Under the pieces are notes generated by a model. The model made no database searches and was not told the origin of the DNA. It saw only the letters and a program-made list of their open reading frames with translations. Positions 27,586 to 37,027 of a DNA stretch of 64,000 nt are shown here, in pieces; position 1 is the first letter of the stretch, and each line of letters starts with the position of its first letter. Source of the stretch: a virus (Duplodnaviria > Caudoviricetes). Location of the stretch: positions 31,070-95,069 of the IMG/VR virus record IMGVR_UViG_3300028886_000070. One strand, 5' to 3'. The translations under genes and the position numbers were made by a program.

Positions 27586-29510
27586 GATCCGCCTCCGTCC
27601 TTCAGCTCCTGGACCTGTTGCAGGTAGTGGTTGTCCCCGTGCCTGTCCCACGACCACGCCTTCGTGATCGTGAGTCCGCTCTCCGTCGGCACGCCCTTGT
27701 CGTCCGTCTGGTACGCGTAGCCGCAGAACCGGTGCGCGGAGCCGACGGGCAGCTCCGAGAACCACGTCGCGTTCCCCTCGATGTCCGGGCCGTAGCCCGG
27801 CTTCTCCGGCTCCGCCATGCCGAGGAGCCCGCGGAGGTCCTTCGCCGTGTGGTAGTCGATGGGCGTGCGGCCTATCGAGTACTGCTCGGTGAACGGCGGG
27901 TCCTTGAGGTCGTCGGAGCTGTCGGGCAGCGGGACGTACTTGTCGTCCTCGGCGTTCACGAGGCCGGACGGGAAGATCATCTTCTCGGCGATGAGCTCGC
28001 GGAGCTTTGTCCCGATGGACTTGCCGCGGTCGGACATGAGCTGCTCCTCGCGCTCGAGCTCCCGGAGCATGGAGTCGTACTCGTCGGAGACGAGCGCGCG
28101 GACGGCGGAGCTCTTGAGCTGCCGGTCGATGCGCATCTGGAATCCGACGGAGGTCTCCTCCGCGACGACGAACTTGAGGTCGGGGTCCGCCTCGAGCTCG
28201 GCCTCCGTCGGGGCGCGCAGGAGCTTCACCGGGACGGAGAACGACACGTACGCGGCGTCGGCCCCCGCCTTCACGGAGACGCCCTCGCCGAGCATGTTCT
28301 CCTGCGGCATGTGCTTCCACGACGTGCCGCCGAACTTCTCGCAGGCCGTCTGCTCGTGCCCGTCGTCCTCCTCGGGGGGCTTGGGCGGGTACAGGGCCAT
28401 CGCCGTCACGCCGCCGGACGCCGAGACGTCCGGGGTGATGACGCTCCAGAGGCGCGGGCCGTCGTTCCCGGCGAGGAGGACCCGGCCCGTCGCGTTCGAG
28501 TCGTAGGTGTTGAGCGCGCTCTCGTAGTAGCTCACCTGGCTGCTCGTCTTGAGCCCGGCCTGGCGCATGTCGCGGGTCGCGGCCTCCGCCTCCCGCTTCA
28601 TGGCCTGGTAGTCCGCGGCCGACACGTAGAGGTAGTGGTCGAGCGCGGAGCCGGGGAGCGCGGCGAAGGCGCGGTAGTCCGGGTAGAACTTGCCGGACAC
28701 CTCCTCGCCCTCGCTCTCGGAGAGGCGCTTCAGCGAGGCGACAAACGCGGCGGCGACGCCGTTCATGTCGTACTTGAGCGCCATGACGCTGCCGGACACG
28801 GTGCCGCCCTCCCCGTCGGAGAACGAGAAGGACGACGCGCCGGGCGCGCCGGAGACCCTCGCGAGCGAGGCGTCGAACGGCTGCGTCACGCGCGCGGCGA
28901 CCGCGAACACGTTGGCGGGGTACGGCTCCGGGAAGGGCGTGGGCTCCACGGGGTTCGCCATGACGCCGTACCACGCGGTCTCGTCTATGAAGCCCTGCGT
29001 GGCGGTGGGCGGGTCGAGCTGCACGGGCTCGACGAGCGACGCGGCCTTCGCCACCTCCTCGTCGACCGCGACCATGACGGCGAGGCACTGCACGTTCTGG
29101 TACGAGCCCATCTTGAGGACGTGCTCGTACGACGCGGAGAAGTCCGCCTCGTCGTGGTCGGAGAAGCAGTTCCACTCGTCGGAGCCCTTTGCCTTCTCGA
29201 CGACCATGCGCGTCTCCGCCCCGCCGTACTGGCGGCCGGAGCGGCGCGTCACGTCGTTGAAGTGTATGGGGGCGATGCGGAACTCGGTCTCGCGGGTGCA
29301 GGTCGCGACGGCGTACCTCGAACCCCACGTCGTCTTCACGAGCATGTCCGCGACGCACGCGACGAACCTCGGCGACACGCTGCGCGTCACCTTCCTGTAC
29401 TCGGGCGAGAACAGCAGCTTGCCGATGCACCGGGGATCGGCGCCGTCGTCCGGCCGCGCCACGTGGAGGTAGCGCGGGTCGAGCCCGGGTTCTCCCGCTA
29501 CGATCGCCAT
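27582..29510 (-). CDS. Putative tail structural protein (642 aa)
   Basis: Start MAIVAGEPGLDP coupled by TAATG; coding-like composition. Confidence 0.6.
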   Translation of the reverse strand: MAIVAGEPGLDPRYLHVARPDDGADPRCIGKLLFSPEYRKVTRSVSPRFVACVADMLVKTTWGSRYAVATCTRETEFRIAPIHFNDVTRRSGRQYGGAETRMVVEKAKGSDEWNCFSDHDEADFSASYEHVLKMGSYQNVQCLAVMVAVDEEVAKAASLVEPVQLDPPTATQGFIDETAWYGVMANPVEPTPFPEPYPANVFAVAARVTQPFDASLARVSGAPGASSFSFSDGEGGTVSGSVMALKYDMNGVAAAFVASLKRLSESEGEEVSGKFYPDYRAFAALPGSALDHYLYVSAADYQAMKREAEAATRDMRQAGLKTSSQVSYYESALNTYDSNATGRVLLAGNDGPRLWSVITPDVSASGGVTAMALYPPKPPEEDDGHEQTACEKFGGTSWKHMPQENMLGEGVSVKAGADAAYVSFSVPVKLLRAPTEAELEADPDLKFVVAEETSVGFQMRIDRQLKSSAVRALVSDEYDSMLRELEREEQLMSDRGKSIGTKLRELIAEKMIFPSGLVNAEDDKYVPLPDSSDDLKDPPFTEQYSIGRTPIDYHTAKDLRGLLGMAEPEKPGYGPDIEGNATWFSELPVGSAHRFCGYAYQTDDKGVPTESGLTITKAWSWDRHGDNHYLQQVQELKDGGGS

Positions 29511-30058
29511 TAGGGCGAGTCCTCCCCTCCGGTCTCGTTCTCCTCGCCCCAGCCGTTGACGGCGGCGTAGTACTCGCACTCCTCCGTGTCGAGCACCTGG
29601 ACGTCGATGTCGTCGGGAAGGTCGGAGCCGTCGCCGGCGAGGAGGATGTCCGCGTAGCCGCCGAACAGGAGGCGCTGGACGGCGTTCCCGTCGCCCCCGC
29701 CGATCGGACGCACCGCGCCGCGGTCGTCGAAGCGGAGGATGTCGTAGTAGTACTGCGTCGGGTTCGAGCCCTGCTGCGACTGGAGCTCCGCGATGGCGGC
29801 GTCTATGGCCTCCTGCGTGCTCGTCTTGAAATCGGCCCACGACTCCTGCGCCTGGTCCCACGGGATCGTCAGCGGCTGCGACACCGCCGAGGCGAGGGCC
29901 GTGTCGGAGAACACGACGACGCCGACGACGTAGTCCTCGCCCGAGACGATGAAGCGCATGGGCGTGCCGCCGCCGGACCCGCCCCCGATCGGAGGGACGA
30001 GCCCGAAGTCCTGCTGCGGGGCGCCAGAGTCGCTTATGCCGAAAATCTCGCCTTCCAT
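29510..30058 (-). CDS. Acidic structural-module protein (182 aa)
   Basis: RBS GAGGAG; in operon. Confidence 0.6.
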   Translation of the reverse strand: MEGEIFGISDSGAPQQDFGLVPPIGGGSGGGTPMRFIVSGEDYVVGVVVFSDTALASAVSQPLTIPWDQAQESWADFKTSTQEAIDAAIAELQSQQGSNPTQYYYDILRFDDRGAVRPIGGGDGNAVQRLLFGGYADILLAGDGSDLPDDIDVQVLDTEECEYYAAVNGWGEENETGGEDSP

Positions 30059-30070
30059 GAAATCTCCTCA

Positions 30071-32806
30071 CTACGCGGGGCTGAACGTGACGGTCGGGTT
30101 GGCCTGCCACACGCAGGAGGCCGACCACCCGCCGGTGTACGGGTTGTAGGTGACGTGGGTGCCGGGGGAGTGGTTCCGCGAGCCGACGACGTCCTTCAGC
30201 GCCGCGGCGCCGAAGCCCGTCGCGAAGAGGACGGTGGACACGCGCTCCGACTTGATGATGCCGGCGAGCGTGTTGCCCTGGCCCATGACGGGGGAGAACT
30301 GCGTCTGGTTCTGAATCCAGTGGACCGACGCGACGACCTTGCTCATGCCCGCCGTGAGCGGGATGGAGCACGTCGCGACGGCGGAGCCCTCGACCTTCCC
30401 GTACCGGTTGAGGTGCATCGAGAAGCTGAAGTGCATCGACGGGACGACGCCGTCCCCCACGGCCGCCCAGCCGGAGACGGCGGAGCCGAGCTGCTGCACA
30501 AGCGACGAGACCGAGTTCGGGTCGTAGTTCGAGAACGCCACGGCCTCTGCCTTGAAGAACTTCGTGTTGATGCTCGCCCTCGCCGAGACGCCCGACTTGA
30601 CGGTGATCGTCTCCTTCGTGTAGTCGAACCCGTAGGCGGTGGGCTGCGCGCGGACGGAGCCGAGCTGCGGGACGCCGGGCACGCCCGAGGCGTTGCGCAC
30701 GGTCTCGATGACGGACGAGTGCAGGGCGTCGCTCTCGCCGCCCGTCGCGGTCGCCTGGACCGGAGTGACCTGCTCCGTCGTGACGTCGAACCCGTGGGCC
30801 GTCGGGGTGGAGCGCACGGAGCCGATCGGGCCAGGCGCGGACGTCTTCGCGGAGGACGCGTTGCGCGTTATCTCGATCCTGGTCGAGTGGAGCTTGTCCT
30901 TCTCCTCGCCTCCGCCCTCCACCGTCTTCGGGGTCACGGTCTCGACGGTCGTGTTGTACTTCCCGGCGGGGGTCATGGAGCTCCGCACCGACCCGATCGC
31001 GGGGATGGTGCTCGCCGGGCCTCCGTTCACGGTGGACACGACGTCGGTCTTCGTCAGCTTGTCCTGCGAGCCCTGCGTCCCGTTGTCCTGCTGTATCTCC
31101 GTCGTCTCCGTCGCGCGCGTCGTGACGGCGCCGGTGTTCTCGTCCACGGTGGACTCGACCCTGCGGCGCGTTCCGCCGCCCGCGTCCGCGACGTGCCCGG
31201 GGACGGAGCCCGCGGGGTCCACCTCGGTGTCGGAGTGCGTGTGCTCGAAGACGGTCTTCTCGCAGGACGTGCCGACCTTCAGCTTCCTGCCGGTGCGGTC
31301 GAACTGCTCGACGGTGATGTTGGCGAGGTTGCCGGGCGTCACCTCCACGGTCTTGGTCGTCCCGATCTTGTCGGCGGACCAGCCGGGGGCCGTGCGGTCG
31401 ATGGGCACGTTCCTGTCGGTGACGGAGTGCCTCACGCCGCGCGCCGTGACGGCCCACGACTCCCTTGCGCCCTTCACGGGCAGCTCCGTCTCGACGATGT
31501 CGGTGTTGGAGACGGCGCCCTCGTCGTCCATCTCGGAGCGGCGCGTGTGGACGACGCCGCCGCCCGCCGCCGGCACGTCGGACGCGTCGACGGTGTCGCC
31601 GCCCGCGTGCGTGGTCTCGTGCCTGTGGGAGAAGATGTCGAGGCGGCAGACGCTCGCCACCTTCGCGAGCGCGGACTTGATCCACGTCGAGACGGTGTTG
31701 TCGTAGAGCCCGCCGGGCGTGCGGTCGCTCTTCACGCTCCCGCCGACCGCGGGCGTCGTCCCGGTCACGGGCGCGGGCTGGTTGCGGTCGACCGTCGTGC
31801 GGCGGACGCCCTTCCTCCCGACCCGTATCTCGACGGACGCGCCGGAGACGGGGAGCTCCTGCTCGACGGTCGTCCGGTTCTCGTACGTGCCGTCGTCCTG
31901 GTGCCTGCTGTCGTGGCGCGTCACCTTGCCGCCGGACGCCGCCGGCGCGTCGCCGAGGGGCGCGGACTGCCCCGACCTGCCCTCGACGTGCTCGTGCTTG
32001 AAGATGTCCTTGCGGCAGCCCTCGTCGGACTTCACCGCCTTCCTCGTCGTTCTCGTCGCCTGCACGCGCCACGTGCAGTCGTTGTTCATCGTCCACGAGA
32101 GGACGGTCTCCTTGCCCCCGCTCGTCCCGGCCTTCGGGATGTCGGCCTCGAACGAGCCGGGCTCGCCGTACACGTTGTCCCAGACGGCGACCTCGACCTT
32201 CTGCGTGGCGTCGTCCTTCTGGACGGCCCACGTCCCGCCGACGGTCTTGGCGGTGCGCTTCACGATGGCGTAGTCGAACGTCCCGTCCTCGTTGCGGCTC
32301 ACGGCCTGGACCGCGTAGGTGACGCCCTGCGACCCGGCGGGCACGTCCTCGATCGAGCCCTCGTCCCACCGCCACTCGGAGACGACCTCCTCCATGCAGC
32401 TCGACGAGGAGCCGGTCGAGTAGGAGTCGAAGCTCCCGGACTCGACGAGGTCCTGGACGAGCGTGTACGTGCCGTCGTTCCTGCGCGCCGCGGTCGGCGA
32501 CTCCACCTCGTCCTGGTCGTCGCGCTTCCACGTCGTGAGGGTCGGGACGTACTCGCCGTCGATCGGGACGCCGTTGTACACCACGCCCTTGTACGGGGCG
32601 AGCGAGAGGAGGTGCTTCACCGCGGCGTCGACGAGCGACCAGGGGCAGCCCTCGACGAAGCGGCGGATGCGCACGGGGAGCTCCGTGCGCTTGCCGGTCT
32701 TCCTGTCGAGCCTGAAGCGCCTCGAGAGGATTTGGAGCCTCCACCGGTCGGAGAGGGACTCGACCCACTTGCGGGCCTCGTCTGACGTGTGGGAACAGGA
32801 AGTCAT
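30071..32806 (-). CDS. Putative tail protein with internal beta-rich repeats (~911 aa)
   Basis: Thr/Ser/Val-rich, with repeated C-x-x-x-(I/V)-F-x-H-x-H and GSVRS-x-x-T units. Promoter directly upstream; start uncertain. Confidence 0.6.
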   Translation of the reverse strand: MTSCSHTSDEARKWVESLSDRWRLQILSRRFRLDRKTGKRTELPVRIRRFVEGCPWSLVDAAVKHLLSLAPYKGVVYNGVPIDGEYVPTLTTWKRDDQDEVESPTAARRNDGTYTLVQDLVESGSFDSYSTGSSSSCMEEVVSEWRWDEGSIEDVPAGSQGVTYAVQAVSRNEDGTFDYAIVKRTAKTVGGTWAVQKDDATQKVEVAVWDNVYGEPGSFEADIPKAGTSGGKETVLSWTMNNDCTWRVQATRTTRKAVKSDEGCRKDIFKHEHVEGRSGQSAPLGDAPAASGGKVTRHDSRHQDDGTYENRTTVEQELPVSGASVEIRVGRKGVRRTTVDRNQPAPVTGTTPAVGGSVKSDRTPGGLYDNTVSTWIKSALAKVASVCRLDIFSHRHETTHAGGDTVDASDVPAAGGGVVHTRRSEMDDEGAVSNTDIVETELPVKGARESWAVTARGVRHSVTDRNVPIDRTAPGWSADKIGTTKTVEVTPGNLANITVEQFDRTGRKLKVGTSCEKTVFEHTHSDTEVDPAGSVPGHVADAGGGTRRRVESTVDENTGAVTTRATETTEIQQDNGTQGSQDKLTKTDVVSTVNGGPASTIPAIGSVRSSMTPAGKYNTTVETVTPKTVEGGGEEKDKLHSTRIEITRNASSAKTSAPGPIGSVRSTPTAHGFDVTTEQVTPVQATATGGESDALHSSVIETVRNASGVPGVPQLGSVRAQPTAYGFDYTKETITVKSGVSARASINTKFFKAEAVAFSNYDPNSVSSLVQQLGSAVSGWAAVGDGVVPSMHFSFSMHLNRYGKVEGSAVATCSIPLTAGMSKVVASVHWIQNQTQFSPVMGQGNTLAGIIKSERVSTVLFATGFGAAALKDVVGSRNHSPGTHVTYNPYTGGWSASCVWQANPTVTFSPA

Positions 32807-32822
32807 TGGTTTTGCGGGCGTA

Positions 32823-32851
32823 ATTATACCATAAACGGGGTTCGTTTTCAA
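32823..32851 (-). promoter_or_regulatory. sigma70-type promoter
   Basis: TTGAAA-N17-TATAAT with TGGTATAAT. Confidence 0.75.
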
Positions 32852-34677
32852 CCGTCGTCGGCGAACGTGTCGTCGCCGTCGGCGGCGTCGGCCTCGTACC
32901 CGGCGGACTGCGGGACGCGGAAGCCGGGGTCGGCGGGCCGGGACATGAACATGGCGTTCGGCTGCACGGGGACGATGTAGCCGAACGGGAGGAGGCCGAT
33001 GCGCTCCTTGACGATGAGCGCCGCGAGCGCGCAGGCGTCGGCCTCGTTGGGGGACTTGCGGAAGCGGGCGTTGAAGTGCTTCTTGTCCTCGAGCCGCAGG
33101 GGCGAGACGACCGTCCCCGACGCCCCGCGCGTCATGAAGCGGCGGGAGCAGAGGGCGCGGAGCGCCTCCGCCGGGAGCCCGCGCACCTGGCCCGCCTTGC
33201 AGAACTCGGCGAGGACGCACCACGCCTCCGTGCCGCGGTCGTACACGATCTCGCGCGCCGGGCGCGTCTCCTTCGCGGCGCGGAGCGGCAGCTCCGACGC
33301 CCTCACGGAGTTGTTGACGGCGAGGCAGTCCGCGCCCGCGTAGATGAGGAGGTCGTCGGCGAGGCCCTGGTTCGCCGACGCGTCGACCGCCGTGTTGTGG
33401 AACGGGGCCTCGCCCGGGGCGCGCATGATGTCGATCACCCTGTCGCGCATCTGCTGGACGGGCGGGCGCGGGTCGGACGCGAGGATGGGGAGCTTCTGCA
33501 CGCCGTCGGTGAAGTCGAGGTACGGGCGCGAGAACTGGTCGATGCGCAGGAAGCACCTCACGCGCACCGCGTCGTCGCCGCCCTCCGACCACGCGGGGTC
33601 GATGCCGGCGGCGCACGCGACGATCCTGTGCGTGCGGTCGGCGCGCTCGGTCACGCGCTGCTGCGCGGCGACCTTGGGGTCGAGCACGGTCGGGACGCCC
33701 GTCGCGCCGGGGACGGGGAACCCGCGCACCATCTGCCAGTACATCGCGGCGTCGGCGTTGCCGTCGCAGTCGGCGAGGTTCTGCGCGACGACCTCCCGCG
33801 TGAGGAGGAACGGGTACTCCGCCGCCTTCTCGGGGTGGACCACCGTGATGCACTTGAGCCCGTCGTGGTGCCGGACGAGGAAGCCCCGCGTCGACGTCCA
33901 GAGGCCCGTGTCCACGTTCACGGTGGCGGGGCCGCCCGGAGGTATGCAGTACTGGCACGACTCGTCCTCCCACGAGCCGGGGTTCGCGAGGGCGAAGAAG
34001 CGGAAGTCGATCGCGCCCACGCGGAGGTTCTGCATGGCCTTGCGGATGTTGTCGTGGTGCGTGATGGTGGCGAGCTCGTCGATGACGAGGCGGACGTACT
34101 TCGCGTGCGCGCCCTGGAGCTTGCCGGAGTCCTCGCTGTCGTTCACGGCGACGCCGACGATCCCGGCCTTCTCGCCCACCGACTCCGGCGAGTCGTCCGC
34201 GTCGTCGTTCAGGACGGCGTAGCCGGACTTGGAGAACTTGCCCGGTATCGCGAGCCCGAGCTTGTTGCGGCGGAGCGCCGCGAAGTAGGTGACGACGGCG
34301 TTCCACGAACGCGACTTGAGCGACTGCTTGTCGGTGGACCCGAGGCGGATCACCGTGTCGAACGGGTCGGTGATCCAGTCGAGGAGCATCAGCAATCCGT
34401 AGTCGTTCGACTTGCCGCACGAGGCGCACCCCCAGGTGATGCAGCCCTTCTCGGCCATCACCCAGTCGTGGAAGTGCTCCTCCGTCCAGGGCGGGACCTT
34501 GAAGTACTGCTCGGGTATGAGGGCCTTCGCGGCGTCGAGGAGGGGGACCCACGGGTCCTTGAACTCGACGCCGTACTCGGCCTTGAACTGGCGCCACTTC
34601 TTCGCGACGGTCATGTCGATGAACGCGTCGCACATCTCGGCGGGCCAGTCGACCCCGTGTCTCGTCTTGTAGGTCAC
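32848..34677 (-). CDS. terL: Terminase large subunit (609 aa)
   Basis: Walker A GCASCGKS, Walker B LVIDE, coupling motif ALANP, nuclease motifs GIDPAWSEGGDD and SPNEADA; GTG start. Confidence 0.9.
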   Translation of the reverse strand: MTYKTRHGVDWPAEMCDAFIDMTVAKKWRQFKAEYGVEFKDPWVPLLDAAKALIPEQYFKVPPWTEEHFHDWVMAEKGCITWGCASCGKSNDYGLLMLLDWITDPFDTVIRLGSTDKQSLKSRSWNAVVTYFAALRRNKLGLAIPGKFSKSGYAVLNDDADDSPESVGEKAGIVGVAVNDSEDSGKLQGAHAKYVRLVIDELATITHHDNIRKAMQNLRVGAIDFRFFALANPGSWEDESCQYCIPPGGPATVNVDTGLWTSTRGFLVRHHDGLKCITVVHPEKAAEYPFLLTREVVAQNLADCDGNADAAMYWQMVRGFPVPGATGVPTVLDPKVAAQQRVTERADRTHRIVACAAGIDPAWSEGGDDAVRVRCFLRIDQFSRPYLDFTDGVQKLPILASDPRPPVQQMRDRVIDIMRAPGEAPFHNTAVDASANQGLADDLLIYAGADCLAVNNSVRASELPLRAAKETRPAREIVYDRGTEAWCVLAEFCKAGQVRGLPAEALRALCSRRFMTRGASGTVVSPLRLEDKKHFNARFRKSPNEADACALAALIVKERIGLLPFGYIVPVQPNAMFMSRPADPGFRVPQSAGYEADAADGDDTFADDG

Positions 34678-35015
34678 GGCACCTTCTTGAGGGCGTCCAC
34701 GATGTGCTCGGCGATCTCGCCCGCCGCCTCGCCGCCCGCCACGATTATCTGCGTGTGGTTGGTCGAAATGTCGGAGTTGAGGTCGTTGAGCGTCAGCGAG
34801 ACGACGTTCGTCCCGATGGTGACGCCGAGCGACCCGAACGACGTCCAGACGCCGTAGGAGTAGTAGCTCGCGTCCCACCCGCCTTCGACGATGCAGACGA
34901 CGTTGGTCTGCCCGGGCGGTACGTACACGACGGGGTCGTGCTTGTGGACGGATATGGAGCGGCAGCCGAGCGCGAGGAGCGCGCACGCGCCGAGAACACA
35001 GAGCATCTTGCGCAT
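34674..35015 (-). CDS. Lipoprotein (113 aa), possible spanin-type lysis component
   Basis: MRKMLCVLGACALLALG-C lipobox. Confidence 0.65.
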   Translation of the reverse strand: MRKMLCVLGACALLALGCRSISVHKHDPVVYVPPGQTNVVCIVEGGWDASYYSYGVWTSFGSLGVTIGTNVVSLTLNDLNSDISTNHTQIIVAGGEAAGEIAEHIVDALKKVP

Positions 35016-35230
35016 AAGCCGGGTTCCTTCGTGTATCTCATGAGCGATTCGAGGGCCCTTGCCTCGCGCTCGCCGTAGCCGAGGGCCTTGACGAGCTTCG
35101 CGGCGAGCACGGACGTGACGTGCTTCGTCTGCCACAGGTCGAGCGAGGGCCTGTCCTTGAACGTCATGGCGCAGAGCTCCAGGAGAAGCTCTGCGTCGAG
35201 ACGGTCTATCGTTATGGTCTTCCCCTTCAC
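34793..35230 (-). CDS. Hypothetical protein whose 3' part overlaps the lipoprotein gene
   Basis: GTGA-coupled start MKGKTITIDRL; only the first ~70 codons look coding. Confidence 0.4.
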   Translation of the reverse strand: MKGKTITIDRLDAELLLELCAMTFKDRPSLDLWQTKHVTSVLAAKLVKALGYGEREARALESLMRYTKEPGLCARCSVFSARARSSRSAAAPYPSTSTTPSCTYRPGRPTSSASSKAGGTRATTPTASGRRSGRSASPSGRTSSR

Positions 35231-35511
35231 CACAGCCCCCACGTGTGGCGGCAGAGGTCCCACGGCAGCATCACCGTGTCCGCCGCCGCGTCGAACGGAA
35301 GGTCGATCAGTATGACCGGGAAGAGCAGCGTGCAGTACGCCTTTGCGATGCCGCCCTCCGGGCCCTTCGGCTCGGAGAACGGGATCGCGAGGGTCTCCGC
35401 CACCTCGCAGGTGCACCAGTACGGGCCGAGGTTCCGCTCGGCGTCCGGGCGCATCATGAGGTTGCAGCACCCCGCGCAGGCGAGGAGCGCGACAGCGAGG
35501 AGCCGCTTCAT
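35227..35511 (-). CDS. YceK/YidQ-family lipoprotein (94 aa)
   Basis: Lipobox ACAG-C and C-terminal IDLPFDAAADTVMLPWD, matching the YceK/DUF1375 signature. Confidence 0.75.
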   Translation of the reverse strand: MKRLLAVALLACAGCCNLMMRPDAERNLGPYWCTCEVAETLAIPFSEPKGPEGGIAKAYCTLLFPVILIDLPFDAAADTVMLPWDLCRHTWGLW

Positions 35512-35849
35512 CAGTCGAGCTCCAGGTCGAACCACTTCTCGAGGTAGTGCTTCAGGCCCTTCCAGCCGAGGCCGAAGAGCGAGAAGCCGTTCCAGAGGAG
35601 GCTGACGCCGATGCCCCCCTGCTTCGGGACCCACTTGTCGACGGTCGCCCCGAACACGGCGTTGAGGTTCTGCTCCTCCGTCGCGTCGATGTTCCCGTCC
35701 TTGAAGGAGGCGATCCACGTCTGGCCGATGGCCGCGACGTCGCCTCCGACTTCGAGGGCCACCTTCGTGTTCTTGTCCTCGAAGCTCTTCTGCGCGGCCT
35801 TCTTGACGGCGGCAGCGTAGATTTTCTTGATGATGTCGTTGGTTGTCAT
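35511..35849 (-). CDS. Small membrane-associated protein, possible holin (112 aa)
   Basis: RBS AAGGAG; amphipathic/hydrophobic C-terminal segment; next to lipoproteins. Confidence 0.45.
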   Translation of the reverse strand: MTTNDIIKKIYAAAVKKAAQKSFEDKNTKVALEVGGDVAAIGQTWIASFKDGNIDATEEQNLNAVFGATVDKWVPKQGGIGVSLLWNGFSLFGLGWKGLKHYLEKWFDLELD

Positions 35850-35865
35850 TGGTTTTCTCCTTTCT

Positions 35866-37026
35866 TCACGACGGTGAAGTCACGTTGAACTGGTAGAGGG
35901 TCCTGACGCGCGAATCGTACAGGAAGATGCGCTCGCCGCCGTTCTGCTCGTCGATGAACATGCCGGTGGGCGCGATCGTCGGCGCATAGTCGTAGAGCCC
36001 GACCGCCGTGTCCTGCAACCGGACGCGCCTCACGGGCTCGGCCGTCCCGATGTCGTACGGGGCGACGAGCGCGAACTCGTAGATGTACGAATTGTTTGAC
36101 GATTGCGTCCTCGGGTCGTAGGTCGCGTTGATGTTCATCCCGAGCACGAAGAGGCGCAGCCCGTCCGGCGACATCACGATGTCGCGGTACATCGAGGAGC
36201 CACCGCCGAAGTCCACCTGGTACGACTCCATCGCGAGGGTCACGTTTGCGCGCTTCAGCGTGGAGACGTCGAACGGGTCGGCCATCGTGTACTGGGTTAT
36301 CACCCCGGCGCCCGTGGTGGTGCCGTGTCCGCCGAGCGTATAGAGCCGTGAGCCGTCATGCGCGACCCGCATGCTCGTCTTTCGGTACACGTAGTCAGGG
36401 AGGCCGATGGTGGCCATAGCGAACTGCCGCGTGGCACCGCCTTGCAGGACACAGGTCATGGCGCCCCAGTCGATCCCACGGAGCCACGCGGGGAGCACCG
36501 TCTGCGAACCGCCAATGCTGGTCGTCGGGATCAGCTCCGGCTCCAGCGTCCAAGCCTCGTCGAGGTCGATGGAGGCGAAGAACGCGCCTCTGACGGACAG
36601 CCGCATGGCGTCGAGCATCATAAATATGCGCTTGCCGTCCGGGGCCAGCGTCATGCCGAGGCACATCGCCGTCGTCTCCGTGGGTGTAGCGTTCCCCCAG
36701 AAGTTGATGTTGTTCGAGCCCTGGTAGTAGCCGTCGGTCGACGGCGTGAGCCCGATGTACGGGAGGTCGAACGGATGCAGGGGGTCGTAGCCCGGATCGG
36801 TCGTCATGTAGCCACGCTTGCGGACGTACGAGAAGCCGCCGGCGTACGCCGGAAGCAGCATCAGCTTCCCGTCCGACGTCGGAATCCACTGTATGACGGC
36901 GTCGAGGTCGATAACCTGCGACTTCCTTGCATACTCGAGCGAGGTGAGGTCGAACGTCCACGTGGACGCCCCCGACCCGCCCGACTTCCTGAAGGCCCGC
37001 CTGGAGTTCAAGAGGAAAGAGTTCAT
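35866..37026 (-). CDS. Putative receptor-binding / tail-tip beta-propeller protein (386 aa)
   Basis: Repeats SPDGLRLF, APDGKRIF, QYTMADPFDVST and YEFALVAPYDIGT; follows the tail fibre gene. Confidence 0.6.
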   Translation of the reverse strand: MNSFLLNSRRAFRKSGGSGASTWTFDLTSLEYARKSQVIDLDAVIQWIPTSDGKLMLLPAYAGGFSYVRKRGYMTTDPGYDPLHPFDLPYIGLTPSTDGYYQGSNNINFWGNATPTETTAMCLGMTLAPDGKRIFMMLDAMRLSVRGAFFASIDLDEAWTLEPELIPTTSIGGSQTVLPAWLRGIDWGAMTCVLQGGATRQFAMATIGLPDYVYRKTSMRVAHDGSRLYTLGGHGTTTGAGVITQYTMADPFDVSTLKRANVTLAMESYQVDFGGGSSMYRDIVMSPDGLRLFVLGMNINATYDPRTQSSNNSYIYEFALVAPYDIGTAEPVRRVRLQDTAVGLYDYAPTIAPTGMFIDEQNGGERIFLYDSRVRTLYQFNVTSPS

Positions 37027-37027
37027 G

